A DNA stretch of 64,000 nt from an uncultured Pseudobutyrivibrio sp. (GTDB lineage Bacteria > Bacillota > Clostridia > Lachnospirales > Lachnospiraceae). Below the pieces are notes generated by a model, which ran no database searches, was not told where the DNA came from, and saw nothing but the letters and a program-made list of their open reading frames with translations. Below are positions 10,550 through 21,021 of the stretch, one piece after another. Both the position numbers and the translations under genes were made by a program. Where the stretch lies: positions 397 through 64,396 of the forward strand of contig CAMJBT010000007.1 in the NCBI GenBank assembly GCA_946403965.1, written 5' to 3'. Position 1 is the stretch's first letter. Each line of letters opens with the position of its first letter.

Positions 10550-10595
10550 TAATAACCTCTATATTATATATTCATTTTAGGTTGTCTTTTTGAAA

Positions 10596-11531
10596 CTAAT
10601 TCTTGCTGTTTGAAAGCTTTGTGCCTGATTCAAGCTGATAACCTCTAAGGAAATCACCTGCTGCCATACGCTTTTTGCCCTCAAGCTGAAGCTCTATAAT
10701 CTGTAGAGCTTTAGTACCACAAGCTATCGTAAAACCGTTTTTATCAACATCAATGATTGTGCCAGCCTCTCCTGACTTATCAACCACTGCGGCCTTCCAT
10801 AGCTTTAACTGCTTACCATTTACGAAAGTGAATGCAGATGGCCATGGATTAAGACCTCTGATAAGACGCTCGATTTCTTCTGCTGTTTTTGTCCAATCAA
10901 CATTTCCCATATCCTTTGAAATCATACCAACGTGAGTAGCCTGAGATTCATCCTGAGGAATTGGTGTAAGCTCACCTCTATCAAGAGCTTCTATTGTCTT
11001 TACTGCCAGCTGGCCACCATCAAGTGCAAGCTTATCAAAGAGGCTTCCACCTGTCTCATCTGCTGCAAGCTCAATCTCTGATTTAAGGAGCATATCTCCA
11101 TCGTCAAGTCCTGGCCCCATAAGCATTGTTGTGTTGCCAGTTACCTTTTCTCCGTTGATAACAGCCCACTGAATTGGAGCAGCGCCACGGTACTTTGGAA
11201 GAAGTGAACCATGAACATTAACACATCCAAGACGTGGCATATCAAGAATTACCTTTGGCAAAATCTGTCCAAAAGCGGCAACCACAAATACATCAGCCTG
11301 ATACTGACGAAGATATTCAACTGATTCCTCAGCTCTGATTTTCACTGGCTGATAAACAGGAATATCATGCTCCATTGCAAATTCTTTTACAGGAGTTGGT
11401 TGGAGCTTGCCACTGCGTCCCTTTGGTTTGTCTGGCTGACTAACAACCAAAATCACTTCATGTCCAGCTTCATATATTGCTTTTAAAGTTTCCACCGCAA
11501 AATCCGGTGTGCCCATAAATACAACCTTCAT
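10596..11531 (-). CDS. fmt: Methionyl-tRNA formyltransferase
   Basis: FMGTPDFA, NVHGSLLPKYRGAAPI and RGLNPWP motifs. Confidence 0.97.
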   Translation of the reverse strand: MKVVFMGTPDFAVETLKAIYEAGHEVILVVSQPDKPKGRSGKLQPTPVKEFAMEHDIPVYQPVKIRAEESVEYLRQYQADVFVVAAFGQILPKVILDMPRLGCVNVHGSLLPKYRGAAPIQWAVINGEKVTGNTTMLMGPGLDDGDMLLKSEIELAADETGGSLFDKLALDGGQLAVKTIEALDRGELTPIPQDESQATHVGMISKDMGNVDWTKTAEEIERLIRGLNPWPSAFTFVNGKQLKLWKAAVVDKSGEAGTIIDVDKNGFTIACGTKALQIIELQLEGKKRMAAGDFLRGYQLESGTKLSNSKN

Positions 11532-11585
11532 CTATAAAAATCCTTTCGTTTGCACAAAAATAAAACGTCACCTAGACGCTTCTTA

Positions 11586-11615
11586 AGTTTACCATTTTAG
11601 AACGTTTTTGTACAA
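11586..11615 (-). promoter_or_regulatory. Probable sigmaA promoter of fmt
   Basis: TTGTAC-N18-TAAACT with an extended TG on the minus strand. Confidence 0.6.
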
Positions 11616-11626
11616 TCGTGTCTCAA

Positions 11627-11694
11627 ATGACAAATGTCATATGATGTAATGACGCACTTCACTACATATGTGACTTTTGTTTTTGTATTATAAT
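11627..11694 (+). promoter_or_regulatory. Three phased NarL/LuxR-type regulator boxes plus -10 of the ABC operon
   Basis: Perfect palindrome ATGACAAATGTCAT at 11627; weaker copies at 11649 and 11670 (21-22 bp spacing); TATAAT at 11689-11694. Confidence 0.65.
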
Positions 11695-11757
11695 CTCAGA
11701 GCAAAACAAAAGACACACGGCCCACGGGTTGTAACACAAATAAAAAGGAGAAATGAA

Positions 11758-12699
11758 ATGAGTAACACAGTAGTATCTATCGACAATTTAGTAAAACGAT
11801 ATGGAGAGAACGTAGCTGTAGATCACTTCTCACTAAACATTGAAGAAGGAGAAATCTTGGGACTACTTGGTCCAAATGGTTCTGGTAAAACAACCACAAT
11901 CAACTGCCTCCTTTCTCTTCTTACTTTTGATAAGGGGGACATAAAAATCTGGGGAAAGGAAATGAGCCCAGATGCTTACGATATCAAATCACAGATTGGT
12001 GTGGTAATGCAGAATGTAGCAGTTATTGAGACATTGAATGTATACGAAAACGTAGATTTCTTCTGCGGACTTTATATAAAGGATAAAGCAACAAGAAAGC
12101 AATATGTTGAAGAGGCACTTGAGTTTACAGGCCTTACAGAATTCAAAAAACAGAAGCCTAAAAAGCTTTCAGGCGGACTTCTTCGAAGACTTAATATCGC
12201 CTGCGGAATTGCTCACAAGCCTAAGCTAGTCATCTTTGATGAGCCAACAGTTGCTGTTGATCCTCAAAGTAGAAATGCAATTCTCGAGGGAATCAAAAAG
12301 ATGAACAAAGCCGGCGCGACAATTATCTATACATCACATTATATGGAAGAGGTTGAGGAGCTTTGCTCAAGAGTTGTAATTATGGATCACGGTAAAAACA
12401 TTGCAAATGGAACTACAAACGAGCTTAAGTCTTCTCTTATCAGCCGTGAAAAAATCCGCATCGGCCTGCCTGACAAATCACCTGAGATTCTTGCAGGACT
12501 CAAGGAAATCAACCACGTATACAAGGTTAAGGAAGATGGAGATGATGTAGTAATCAAATGCGATGGCGGCGAGCACAATCTGGTACATGTTCTTAGCTAC
12601 CTTACAGACAACAATGTTCCATTTGGCCGCGTAACTACCGAACTTCCTACTCTTAACGATGTGTTCTTGGAGATTACAGGAAAGGAGCTTAGAGACTAA
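11758..12699 (+). CDS. ABC exporter ATP-binding subunit (LnrL/YfiL-like)
   Basis: GPNGSGKT, LSGG and FDEPT motifs; C-terminal DUF4162-like tail; start at ATG 11758 after AAGGAG. Confidence 0.92.
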   Translation: MSNTVVSIDNLVKRYGENVAVDHFSLNIEEGEILGLLGPNGSGKTTTINCLLSLLTFDKGDIKIWGKEMSPDAYDIKSQIGVVMQNVAVIETLNVYENVDFFCGLYIKDKATRKQYVEEALEFTGLTEFKKQKPKKLSGGLLRRLNIACGIAHKPKLVIFDEPTVAVDPQSRNAILEGIKKMNKAGATIIYTSHYMEEVEELCSRVVIMDHGKNIANGTTNELKSSLISREKIRIGLPDKSPEILAGLKEINHVYKVKEDGDDVVIKCDGGEHNLVHVLSYLTDNNVPFGRVTTELPTLNDVFLEITGKELRD

Positions 12700-13844
12700 T
12701 GTTTATTAGAATCTTTACATACTCATTAAAAAATCTATCCAGAAAATACTGGTTGGTAGGCTGGAACTTCATTTTTCCGCTGGTACTTGCCACAGCTTTC
12801 TTTCTTGGATTTGGAAATCTCATAAAGGAAGATCCTGATACCTTCCAGACTTTGGAAGTAGGATATGTAAATGAACTTGATGAGTCAGCTGGCTTTGACC
12901 AGGTTCTAGAAGAGCTTTCCGAGGAAAATGATGAAGGAACTACAGTGCTTAATCTTCACACATACTCTTCAAAGGATGATGCTGTAAAAGCAATGAATAA
13001 CGGAGATATCAAGGGCTTCTACCTGGAATCAGAAGATGGTGTCGAAACTATCATTATTTCAAATGGCTATGATTCCACAATCATGAACGAGATAGTTCGT
13101 GAATACGATAATTACACTGATGTTATAACTCAAATTGCCAAGGATCATCCTGAAAAGGTATCTGATGCCATTGATGCAATCACTTCTGAAAACAGCTTCA
13201 TCAGTGAATACAACTTTGGAAATGAAAACAGTCAGTACATCCAGTACTTCTACGCTTTGCTTGCAATGACATCACTTTTCAGCTCTTGGATTAGCACAGC
13301 AATCCTAGATGGAATGTGTGCAAATATGTCTGAGATGGGCAAGCGAGTTGAATGTGCACCTACATCAAAGTTTATGAGCATTACTGCAAGCTTACTTGCT
13401 GGAGTTCTTTTACAGATTGTTTCAAATATTATTGTTGTGATTTATATCCAATATATTTTAGGCATCAACCTAGGCGTGCCAATGGGAACTATGATTCTCC
13501 TTTGCACTATCGGCAGTGCTCTTGGTATTTCAACAGGAACACTAATGGGCTCTGTTATCAGAAATCAACGATTACTTGTAACCGTTCCACTGTTTTTCAC
13601 AATGATATGTTCATTCTTCAGTGGATTAATGTGGGGACAGATTAAACAGATTATCCAGTATAACTGCCCTATCATCAACAAAATCAATCCTGCTGCACTA
13701 CTTACAAACGCTATGTACGTTCGCTCAACCTACGGCGCCACAGCCGAATTCCACCAGGATGTCCTTATCATGTGCGGAATGATTGTAGGTTGTATCATCG
13801 TCGCATCCATATTCCTAAGGAGGAGAAAATATGTCAGTCTTTAA
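12699..13844 (+). CDS. ABC-2 type permease
   Basis: One N-terminal TM helix, large extracellular loop and five C-terminal TM helices; start overlaps the ATPase stop. Confidence 0.88.
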   Translation: MFIRIFTYSLKNLSRKYWLVGWNFIFPLVLATAFFLGFGNLIKEDPDTFQTLEVGYVNELDESAGFDQVLEELSEENDEGTTVLNLHTYSSKDDAVKAMNNGDIKGFYLESEDGVETIIISNGYDSTIMNEIVREYDNYTDVITQIAKDHPEKVSDAIDAITSENSFISEYNFGNENSQYIQYFYALLAMTSLFSSWISTAILDGMCANMSEMGKRVECAPTSKFMSITASLLAGVLLQIVSNIIVVIYIQYILGINLGVPMGTMILLCTIGSALGISTGTLMGSVIRNQRLLVTVPLFFTMICSFFSGLMWGQIKQIIQYNCPIINKINPAALLTNAMYVRSTYGATAEFHQDVLIMCGMIVGCIIVASIFLRRRKYVSL

Positions 13845-14994
13845 TGCAATACTAAAATCAACCAAGGCTTGCCTTGTTACCATAATCGTATATTTTTCGG
13901 TCTTCGCATTATTTGGAAACATTTCTGCAAAGGCAACAGCCACCACAAAAGACACCATGTTTGAGGATTCAGTGGTAAAGGTTGCTATTACAGATAATGA
14001 TAATTCTGCATTGAGCCAAGGTTTAGTAGACTACCTTAAGGAAACTCAGAATGTGGTTGATCCTCAGACCACATCCTTGGTTGAGATGAATGATAATGTT
14101 CGATTCCTTATCTACGACTATGCACTGATTATCCCAGAGGATTTCTCAGAGCGTGCAAAGGCTGGAGAGACGGAAGATTTACTTGAATTCGTTGCACCTG
14201 GTGCCACAGCTCCACAGTTCTTATTAACCGAGAAAATACGTACCTATATGCAGGATGTTATGGTATATTTAAATAGTGGATATTCAGAGGAAGAGGCTAT
14301 TGCCCTGACAAAAGAAAACATGATTAAGCTTTCTGATACAAAGGCCACTGTCATGGATACCTCTGATGAAAATCATCGCTCGTTCTACACTGGAATGTTT
14401 ACATTTAACGGATATACGTTACTTATGATTCTTTGTATCTCTATTAGCTCAGTGCTTGGTTTTACAAAGGATAAGGATGTTAAAAACCGTATAAGCGTAA
14501 GTGGAATGCATTTCAAGTCAAGAAATTTTGCAACCATCGCTGCAGTTTTCTGCATAGGCTTTATTATCACAGCAGCCGTAGTTTTATTTGTTGCACTAAT
14601 GGGTATGGCTGATACAAACGGAAAGCTTTTCTTCTACTGCATAAATGTCTTAGCATTGATGTTGATTGGAATGGGCATGGCCTACATGATTAGCGCAATC
14701 ACTACAAATGAAAACATCATCAACATGATTACAAACATGTTTGTACTTTCAATGAGTTTCTTCTGCGGTGTATTTATCGACCTACAGTTTTTATCACCAT
14801 CCATTGTAAAGTTTGCGCACTTCCTGCCACTTTATTGGTACACTGCTACAATCAGACTTATAAATGACACTCCTATAGATAAAATTTTAGGAAAAACATT
14901 CTTTGAATACTTGCTTATAGAGTTGCTTTTCGCTGGACTCTTCTTTGCAGCCGGCCTAATCATCTCTAAGAAAAAGGAGCAATATGCTGTATGA
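13831..14994 (+). CDS. ABC-2 type permease
   Basis: Same topology as the preceding gene; FAHFLPLYWY motif. Confidence 0.88.
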   Translation: MSVFNAILKSTKACLVTIIVYFSVFALFGNISAKATATTKDTMFEDSVVKVAITDNDNSALSQGLVDYLKETQNVVDPQTTSLVEMNDNVRFLIYDYALIIPEDFSERAKAGETEDLLEFVAPGATAPQFLLTEKIRTYMQDVMVYLNSGYSEEEAIALTKENMIKLSDTKATVMDTSDENHRSFYTGMFTFNGYTLLMILCISISSVLGFTKDKDVKNRISVSGMHFKSRNFATIAAVFCIGFIITAAVVLFVALMGMADTNGKLFFYCINVLALMLIGMGMAYMISAITTNENIINMITNMFVLSMSFFCGVFIDLQFLSPSIVKFAHFLPLYWYTATIRLINDTPIDKILGKTFFEYLLIELLFAGLFFAAGLIISKKKEQYAV

Positions 14995-15994
14995 TATAAT
15001 CATTAGGCTTCTAGGAGCCCTTGGTTTAACATTGCTAATAAACACAAATGGCATTACCACTATTTCGGTGGTAATGTCTGTTTGTGTTTTTTTATTAATG
15101 GAGATTAGCGTTATCGTAAATACGAAGATTATATATTCAATCCTTACCGCTATTCCATTTCTTTTAACTGCTGGCTATCTAGTGGGCATCGGCGCTGACA
15201 GTCTTTTAATACAGCTTGCACTAACCCTAATTCTTGCAGGCTTCACCGCCATGTCTATCCTGCTTTTCAACAAAATGACTTTCTATCAACATGATTTACA
15301 CCGCACCAGAGACGACAGTATCGAGCTTGAAGAAATGCTAAAAAGCAAAAACAAAGCCCTGCTAATGGAGCAAGATCAACAGGTACATCTTGCTACCCTC
15401 GCAGAGAGAAACCGCATTGCCAGAGAAATCCACGATAATGTAGGACATCTGCTTTCCCGTGGAATCCTACTACTTGGAGCCATTGTCACAGTAAACAAAG
15501 ACGAAACTATTGCACCTCAGCTAAAGATGCTTTCGGACACCCTGGATGAGTCTATGGAAAAGATGCGAAGCTCCGTACATGATTTACATGATGATTCAAT
15601 AGACTTAAAGAAAAATATAGATGAAATTCTTGAAGAACTAAAAAACTTTACCGTAAATACGGATTTAGATTTAGACGAGGCATTCCCAACAGAAGTTAAG
15701 CTTTCAATCATCGGTATTTTAAAGGAATCTGTCACAAACATCCTAAAGCATTCCAATGGAGATTCTGTGGCTGTCATCCTTCATAAAAACAACAGCTTCT
15801 GCACTATTTCTATTACAGACAATGGGTCCCTGAACTCTGAGCAAAAGACTCTGATTTCCACTGAAGGCTACGACGGAATCGGACTTACCAACATTAAAAA
15901 CAGAGCAAGCTCCCTCGGTGGAGAAGCATATTTCTATTTAAACGATGGCTTTACAGTATTTGCCAGATTACCATTTGAAAATAAACGAGGATAG
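14984..15994 (+). CDS. Intramembrane-sensing histidine kinase (HisKA_3)
   Basis: ERNRIAREIHDNVGH H-box, N-box TNILKHS, DNG and GIGL motifs; hydrophobic N-terminus. Confidence 0.93.
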   Translation: MLYDIIIRLLGALGLTLLINTNGITTISVVMSVCVFLLMEISVIVNTKIIYSILTAIPFLLTAGYLVGIGADSLLIQLALTLILAGFTAMSILLFNKMTFYQHDLHRTRDDSIELEEMLKSKNKALLMEQDQQVHLATLAERNRIAREIHDNVGHLLSRGILLLGAIVTVNKDETIAPQLKMLSDTLDESMEKMRSSVHDLHDDSIDLKKNIDEILEELKNFTVNTDLDLDEAFPTEVKLSIIGILKESVTNILKHSNGDSVAVILHKNNSFCTISITDNGSLNSEQKTLISTEGYDGIGLTNIKNRASSLGGEAYFYLNDGFTVFARLPFENKRG

Positions 15995-15997
15995 ATT

Positions 15998-16636
15998 ATG
16001 GAAAAGAAAAGAATTTTACTTGTAGACGATGACGAACTTATCACAATGTCGCTAGAGATGATTATCTCTGCTGAGGCTGATTTTGAAATAGTTGGAAAAG
16101 GCGGTAGCGGTCGCGAGGCTGTAGCTCTCTATGATGAGCTCAATCCTGATTTACTTCTTATGGACATCCGTATGGCCGATATGAATGGCTTGGAAGCTGC
16201 CGAAGAGATTCTCGCAAAGCACCGTGATGCCACTATCCTCTTTTTAACTACATTTTCAGATGATGAATATATCGTAAAAGCGTTGAAACTTGGGGTGAAG
16301 GGCTACTTACTTAAACAGGACTATAAATCACTTCCTGCTGCACTTCATGCTGCAATCAACGGTCAAAGTGTGTTTGGAGGTGCTGTCATCGATAAGCTTC
16401 CTACACTCATGAATCAGTCCACCACAGAAGATACAGGATTTGATTACCGTAAATACGATATCTCTGAAAAGGAATTTGAAGTCATCCAGCTTGTAGCTGA
16501 AGGATTCTCAAATAAAGAAATCTCCCAGAAGCTTTTCCTTTCAGAAGGCACAGTTAGAAACTATCTGTCCACCATCCTAGAAAAGCTAAATCTGAGAGAT
16601 CGTACTCAACTAGCAATATTCTATTTGAAGCATTAA
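15998..16636 (+). CDS. NarL/LuxR-family response regulator
   Basis: VDDD and MDIRM receiver motifs; C-terminal SNKEISQKLFLSEGTVRNY HTH. Confidence 0.95.
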   Translation: MEKKRILLVDDDELITMSLEMIISAEADFEIVGKGGSGREAVALYDELNPDLLLMDIRMADMNGLEAAEEILAKHRDATILFLTTFSDDEYIVKALKLGVKGYLLKQDYKSLPAALHAAINGQSVFGGAVIDKLPTLMNQSTTEDTGFDYRKYDISEKEFEVIQLVAEGFSNKEISQKLFLSEGTVRNYLSTILEKLNLRDRTQLAIFYLKH

Positions 16637-17124
16637 TTTTCTTCTTCGATTTCCTCAAGTAAATCTTCTACATCGTAGAGTTCGCCTTCTACCTTTTCAG
16701 TGTAGATGTGACCATCTAGATGATCAATTTCATGGAGAAGAGCACGGGCCATAAGACCTTCACCTTCTACAATGAATTCTTCCATATCTTCATTTAATGC
16801 CTTTACCTTGGCATAATTTGGACGTGTCACCTGACCTGTCTTGCCTGGCACAGAAAGACACCCTTCATTACCTGTCTGCTCTCCTGATGTCTCAATTACC
16901 TCTGGATTGATGAGAGTAACAGGTCCCTCTCCAACATCAATAACACAGATACGACGAAGCACACCAACCTGAGGTGCCGCAAGTCCTACTCCGTCTGCAT
17001 CATACATTGTGTCATACATATCCTCTATAAGTGTCTTAAGTCTAGGTGTAAGCTCCTTTACTGGCTTGCATACCTTTAAAAGTACATCATCCTTACCCCA
17101 TTCTCTTATTTCTAATAGTGCCAT
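16633..17124 (-). CDS. def: Peptide deformylase
   Basis: GVGLAAPQVG, EGCLS and HEIDH motifs. Confidence 0.97.
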   Translation of the reverse strand: MALLEIREWGKDDVLLKVCKPVKELTPRLKTLIEDMYDTMYDADGVGLAAPQVGVLRRICVIDVGEGPVTLINPEVIETSGEQTGNEGCLSVPGKTGQVTRPNYAKVKALNEDMEEFIVEGEGLMARALLHEIDHLDGHIYTEKVEGELYDVEDLLEEIEEEN

Positions 17125-17200
17125 CTTAACAATCCCTTTCTTAAATAAAACAATAATCTACAAAAATAATAAAGACTTTGTTCTGGTAAAAAACAAAAAT

Positions 17201-19438
17201 CTACAGCGTATTAATTGGATCAAAATCAAACCAGGTGCTTGTATTTCTGTATTGCTTTTGATTCAATAGAAATTTTTCAATAACATCCTTAACCCTGACA
17301 AGCCTGTCGTAGTCATCATCCTTTAGGTATATGACCCTACGGTACACATCCTTTAGCTTGCCAATATAGGCATCCTCTGGACCCATTATAACAATTTTAT
17401 CATCTGTTTGCCTAACTAATCCAGCAATAATATCCGCCTGTGCAACTGCATCAGCCTGTTTGTCACAGCTCACCTGTATTCCTAGAATGTGTGAACATGG
17501 AGGATATGAAAACAGTCTTCTGAAGGATATTTCCTGACTATAAAAGCTGTCATAGTCCTGAGCCGCAGATGTAACCACTGCATAATTGTCTGGCTGATAT
17601 GTCTGAATAACAGCCACTCCCGGCTCACTGCCTCTTCCTGCGCGCCCAACTGCCTGAGTCAATAGCTGGAAGGTACGCTCGCCACTGTGATAATCACTCT
17701 CGTTCAGAGATATGTCTGCAGCCACAATTCCAACTAAAGTGACATTGGCAAAGTCATGGCCTTTTACAATCATCTGTGTGCCAATAAGCACATCAGCCTC
17801 ATGAGCTGCAAATGCGGACAGGATTTCCTCGTGCCCATCTTTTCCTTTAGTGGTATCAGCGTCCATTCGAAGTACTCTGGCTTTTGGAAAAGCCTGCTTT
17901 ACCATTTCTTCCAAGCGCTGAGTTCCTGCTTTAAAGCTGCCAATATATTTACTACCACAGCTTGGACAGATTTTGGCTGCCTTTGTGGTGAAGCCACAAT
18001 AATGGCATTTCATTGTGCCATCCTTGTGTAAGTGCAACGCCACATCACAATGAGGACATTTTAGCACATGGCCACAAGCCCTACAAGAAACAAAGCCCAT
18101 AAGTCCTCTTCTATTTAAAAACAGCATTATTTGCTGGTGTTTATTAAGTCTATCTTCCATCAAGGAAAGCAAGCGCCTGCTGAGCATGGAACGGTTTCCG
18201 TTTGACAACTCCTGCCTTAAATCTACAATCTCTACAGCTGCCATATCCTGCCCCATTGCTCTACCTGTAAGAGTAATAAGGTCATATTCGCCACTTTCAG
18301 CCCTGCTGTAAGCCTCTAGGCTTGGTGTAGCAGAACCCAGAATCACTGTAGCCCCTGCAAGGGATGCTCGATATACTGCAGTTTCTCTTGCATGATATCT
18401 AGGAATAACCTCTGATTTGTAACTAGGTTCGTGTTCCTCATCAATAATGATAAGTCCAAGATTTTGGAATGGTGTAAATAAAGCTGAACGAGGTCCAACC
18501 ATGATACTGATATCACCAGCTTTTGCACGTTCGAATTGATCAAATCTCTCCCCCGGTGACATTCGACTGTTTAGAATACTAACCTTGTCCCCAAAGCGAG
18601 TATAAAAGCGCATTACAGTCTGATAGGTAAGGGCAATTTCTGGTATTAGTACAATAACCTGCTTCCCCATCTCTATCACATGTTCCATAACATCCATGTA
18701 AACTTCGGTCTTGCCGGAGCCTGTAACACCATGAATAAGATAGGTCTTGCGCTTGCCCATATCTATCTCTGCCTTAATCTTTTCAGCCGCAGCTTCCTGC
18801 TGATCATTAAGAACTATATGCTTCTCTTCTGCATTCTTTTTAATATGGGGATTTCTGAAGGTTCTGACAGACTCTACTTTAACAATACCTTTTTTCTCCA
18901 TATTCCTAATATTAGCTGTAGGTATCTGTAGCTTTTTGGTTGCAAGTTCCCAATCCAAAACATCCACTTTAAGAAGCTCCTGCAAAAGACGTTCCTTGCC
19001 AACTGCATGGTTCTTTTTCACAAGAAGTTCTGTCAGTTCTATCTTTGCCTGTTCCAGTGGTATATTAAGACTTATTTCCTTTTTTAGCTTTTCGTTTTCA
19101 CGTCGTTTAATTGGAATAACAGTCTTTAATGCCTGATTCATAGTAGAACCATAGTTTCTTTTCAAAAAAGCTGCCAAAGAAATAAGCTGAGACTCTATTG
19201 CAATGCTATTTTTCATAATTCTGGCAATAGGCTTCAGCTTTGTAACATCAAACTGTGGCTTGTCATGAATCCCTACCACATATCCTGTGATAGCACGATC
19301 TCCTTTACCAAAAGGGATAACCACCTGAACACCTTCGGTGACCTGGCTTTCAAGTTCATCTGGAACTATATATTCAAATGTCTTATCTAATCTCTCGTGA
19401 GAAATATCAATAATAATATCTGCGTATTTCATAATCAT
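17201..19438 (-). CDS. priA: Primosomal protein N'
   Basis: GVTGSGKT and DEEH motifs, two Cys-rich zinc clusters, GRAGR. Confidence 0.96.
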   Translation of the reverse strand: MIMKYADIIIDISHERLDKTFEYIVPDELESQVTEGVQVVIPFGKGDRAITGYVVGIHDKPQFDVTKLKPIARIMKNSIAIESQLISLAAFLKRNYGSTMNQALKTVIPIKRRENEKLKKEISLNIPLEQAKIELTELLVKKNHAVGKERLLQELLKVDVLDWELATKKLQIPTANIRNMEKKGIVKVESVRTFRNPHIKKNAEEKHIVLNDQQEAAAEKIKAEIDMGKRKTYLIHGVTGSGKTEVYMDVMEHVIEMGKQVIVLIPEIALTYQTVMRFYTRFGDKVSILNSRMSPGERFDQFERAKAGDISIMVGPRSALFTPFQNLGLIIIDEEHEPSYKSEVIPRYHARETAVYRASLAGATVILGSATPSLEAYSRAESGEYDLITLTGRAMGQDMAAVEIVDLRQELSNGNRSMLSRRLLSLMEDRLNKHQQIMLFLNRRGLMGFVSCRACGHVLKCPHCDVALHLHKDGTMKCHYCGFTTKAAKICPSCGSKYIGSFKAGTQRLEEMVKQAFPKARVLRMDADTTKGKDGHEEILSAFAAHEADVLIGTQMIVKGHDFANVTLVGIVAADISLNESDYHSGERTFQLLTQAVGRAGRGSEPGVAVIQTYQPDNYAVVTSAAQDYDSFYSQEISFRRLFSYPPCSHILGIQVSCDKQADAVAQADIIAGLVRQTDDKIVIMGPEDAYIGKLKDVYRRVIYLKDDDYDRLVRVKDVIEKFLLNQKQYRNTSTWFDFDPINTL

Positions 19439-19589
19439 AATATTTTCTAAAATTATTAACTATCCATCTTATTGAATCCATTGCATTCATACGTGAACAG
19501 CAAAATAATTTTAACATAAAAGGGTTTCATTTTGAATTGGATATGGTAGAATGTAGACAATTTGAAAATAATTCACAGGGAGGATTCCT

Positions 19590-20504
19590 ATGCGTCATCT
19601 AATGAGCCCTCTAGATTTTTCTAGAGACGAGCTAGAGCAGCTTATGGACCTGGCGGATGATATCAAAAATCATCCAGAAGCTTACAGCGAAAAGTGCCAC
19701 GGCAAAAAGCTTGCTACCTGCTTCTACGAGCCAAGCACTCGTACACGACTATCTTTTGAAGCTGCCATGCTTAATCTTGGTGGTTCTGTTCTTGGTTTTT
19801 CATCGGCCGATTCCTCTTCCGCAGCGAAGGGCGAAAGTGTTTCCGATACTATTCGTGTTATTTCTTCTTATGCAGATATCTGCGCTATGCGTCATCCAAA
19901 AGAAGGCGCCCCACTCGTCGCATCTCAGCGATCTCTTATTCCAGTTATCAACGCCGGTGACGGTGGTCATCAGCATCCAACTCAAACTCTCACAGACCTA
20001 TTTACAATCCGTAGCTTACGTGGTGAAATTAAAGAACTTACTATTGGACTTTGTGGTGATTTAAAGTTCGGTCGAACTGTTCATTCACTAATCAATGCCC
20101 TTGTGCGTTATCCAGGCATCAAATTCGTCCTTATATCACCAGAAGAACTGAGAGTTCCAGAATATATTCGCGAGGATGTTTTGGAGAAAAACGGATACGA
20201 ATACAAAGAAGTAGACAGCTTAGACGATGTTATGGGCGAGCTTGATATCCTTTATATGACTCGTGTTCAGCGAGAGCGTTTCTTTAACGAGGAAGACTAC
20301 ATCCGCTTGAAGGATTTCTTCATTCTCACACCAGAGAAAATGCGCCTGGCAAAAAAAGATATGATGGTACTTCATCCACTACCACGTGTAAATGAAATTT
20401 CGGTTGATGTGGATGATGACCCACGAGCCATGTACTTTACTCAGGCTAAATATGGAGTGTATATCAGAATGGCATTAATTCTTACACTGCTTGAGCTGGT
20501 ATAG
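19590..20504 (+). CDS. pyrB: Aspartate carbamoyltransferase, catalytic subunit
   Basis: [14 protein letters not shown] and HPLP motifs. Confidence 0.96.
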   Translation: MRHLMSPLDFSRDELEQLMDLADDIKNHPEAYSEKCHGKKLATCFYEPSTRTRLSFEAAMLNLGGSVLGFSSADSSSAAKGESVSDTIRVISSYADICAMRHPKEGAPLVASQRSLIPVINAGDGGHQHPTQTLTDLFTIRSLRGEIKELTIGLCGDLKFGRTVHSLINALVRYPGIKFVLISPEELRVPEYIREDVLEKNGYEYKEVDSLDDVMGELDILYMTRVQRERFFNEEDYIRLKDFFILTPEKMRLAKKDMMVLHPLPRVNEISVDVDDDPRAMYFTQAKYGVYIRMALILTLLELV

Positions 20505-20520
20505 AAGGGAGATTCAAAGC

Positions 20521-20958
20521 ATGCTAAATATTAGTGGAATTCATGAAGGATTCGTTTTAGACCACATTAAGGCTGGCGAATCTATGACTATATACAATGA
20601 TTTGCATTTAGCAAACCTTGGATGCGATTGCACCGTAGCCATGATTATGAATGCAAAATCAAACAAAATGGGACGTAAAGACATTATCAAGATTGAGTGT
20701 CCTATCGAGCGAGTTGATTTAGATATACTTGGCTTTATTGACCACAACATCACCTGTAACATTATAAAGGATGATGCTATTGTAGAAAAGCGTCAGCTAA
20801 CTCTTCCAAAGGAGATTAAGAACGTAATCTCCTGCAAGAATCCACGTTGCATTAGTACTGTGGAACAAGGCCTTGATCAAGTCTTCATCCTCACCGACGA
20901 AGAAAATGAAATCTACCGCTGCAAATATTGCGAAGAGAAATACACAGGACAAAAATAA
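20521..20958 (+). CDS. pyrI: Aspartate carbamoyltransferase, regulatory subunit
   Basis: G.VLDHI, KDIIK, CKNPRC and RCKYCE zinc motifs; start at ATG 20521. Confidence 0.92.
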   Translation: MLNISGIHEGFVLDHIKAGESMTIYNDLHLANLGCDCTVAMIMNAKSNKMGRKDIIKIECPIERVDLDILGFIDHNITCNIIKDDAIVEKRQLTLPKEIKNVISCKNPRCISTVEQGLDQVFILTDEENEIYRCKYCEEKYTGQK

Positions 20959-20969
20959 ACACACATAAC

Positions 20970-21003
20970 AATGGCGGTTCCACTTGATTGTGGAACCGCC
21001 ATT
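20970..21003. terminator. Bidirectional intrinsic terminator between pyrI and prfA
   Basis: Perfect hairpin aatggcggttccac-ttgatt-gtggaaccgccatt. Confidence 0.85.
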
Positions 21004-21021
21004 TTATTATGTGTGTTTATT

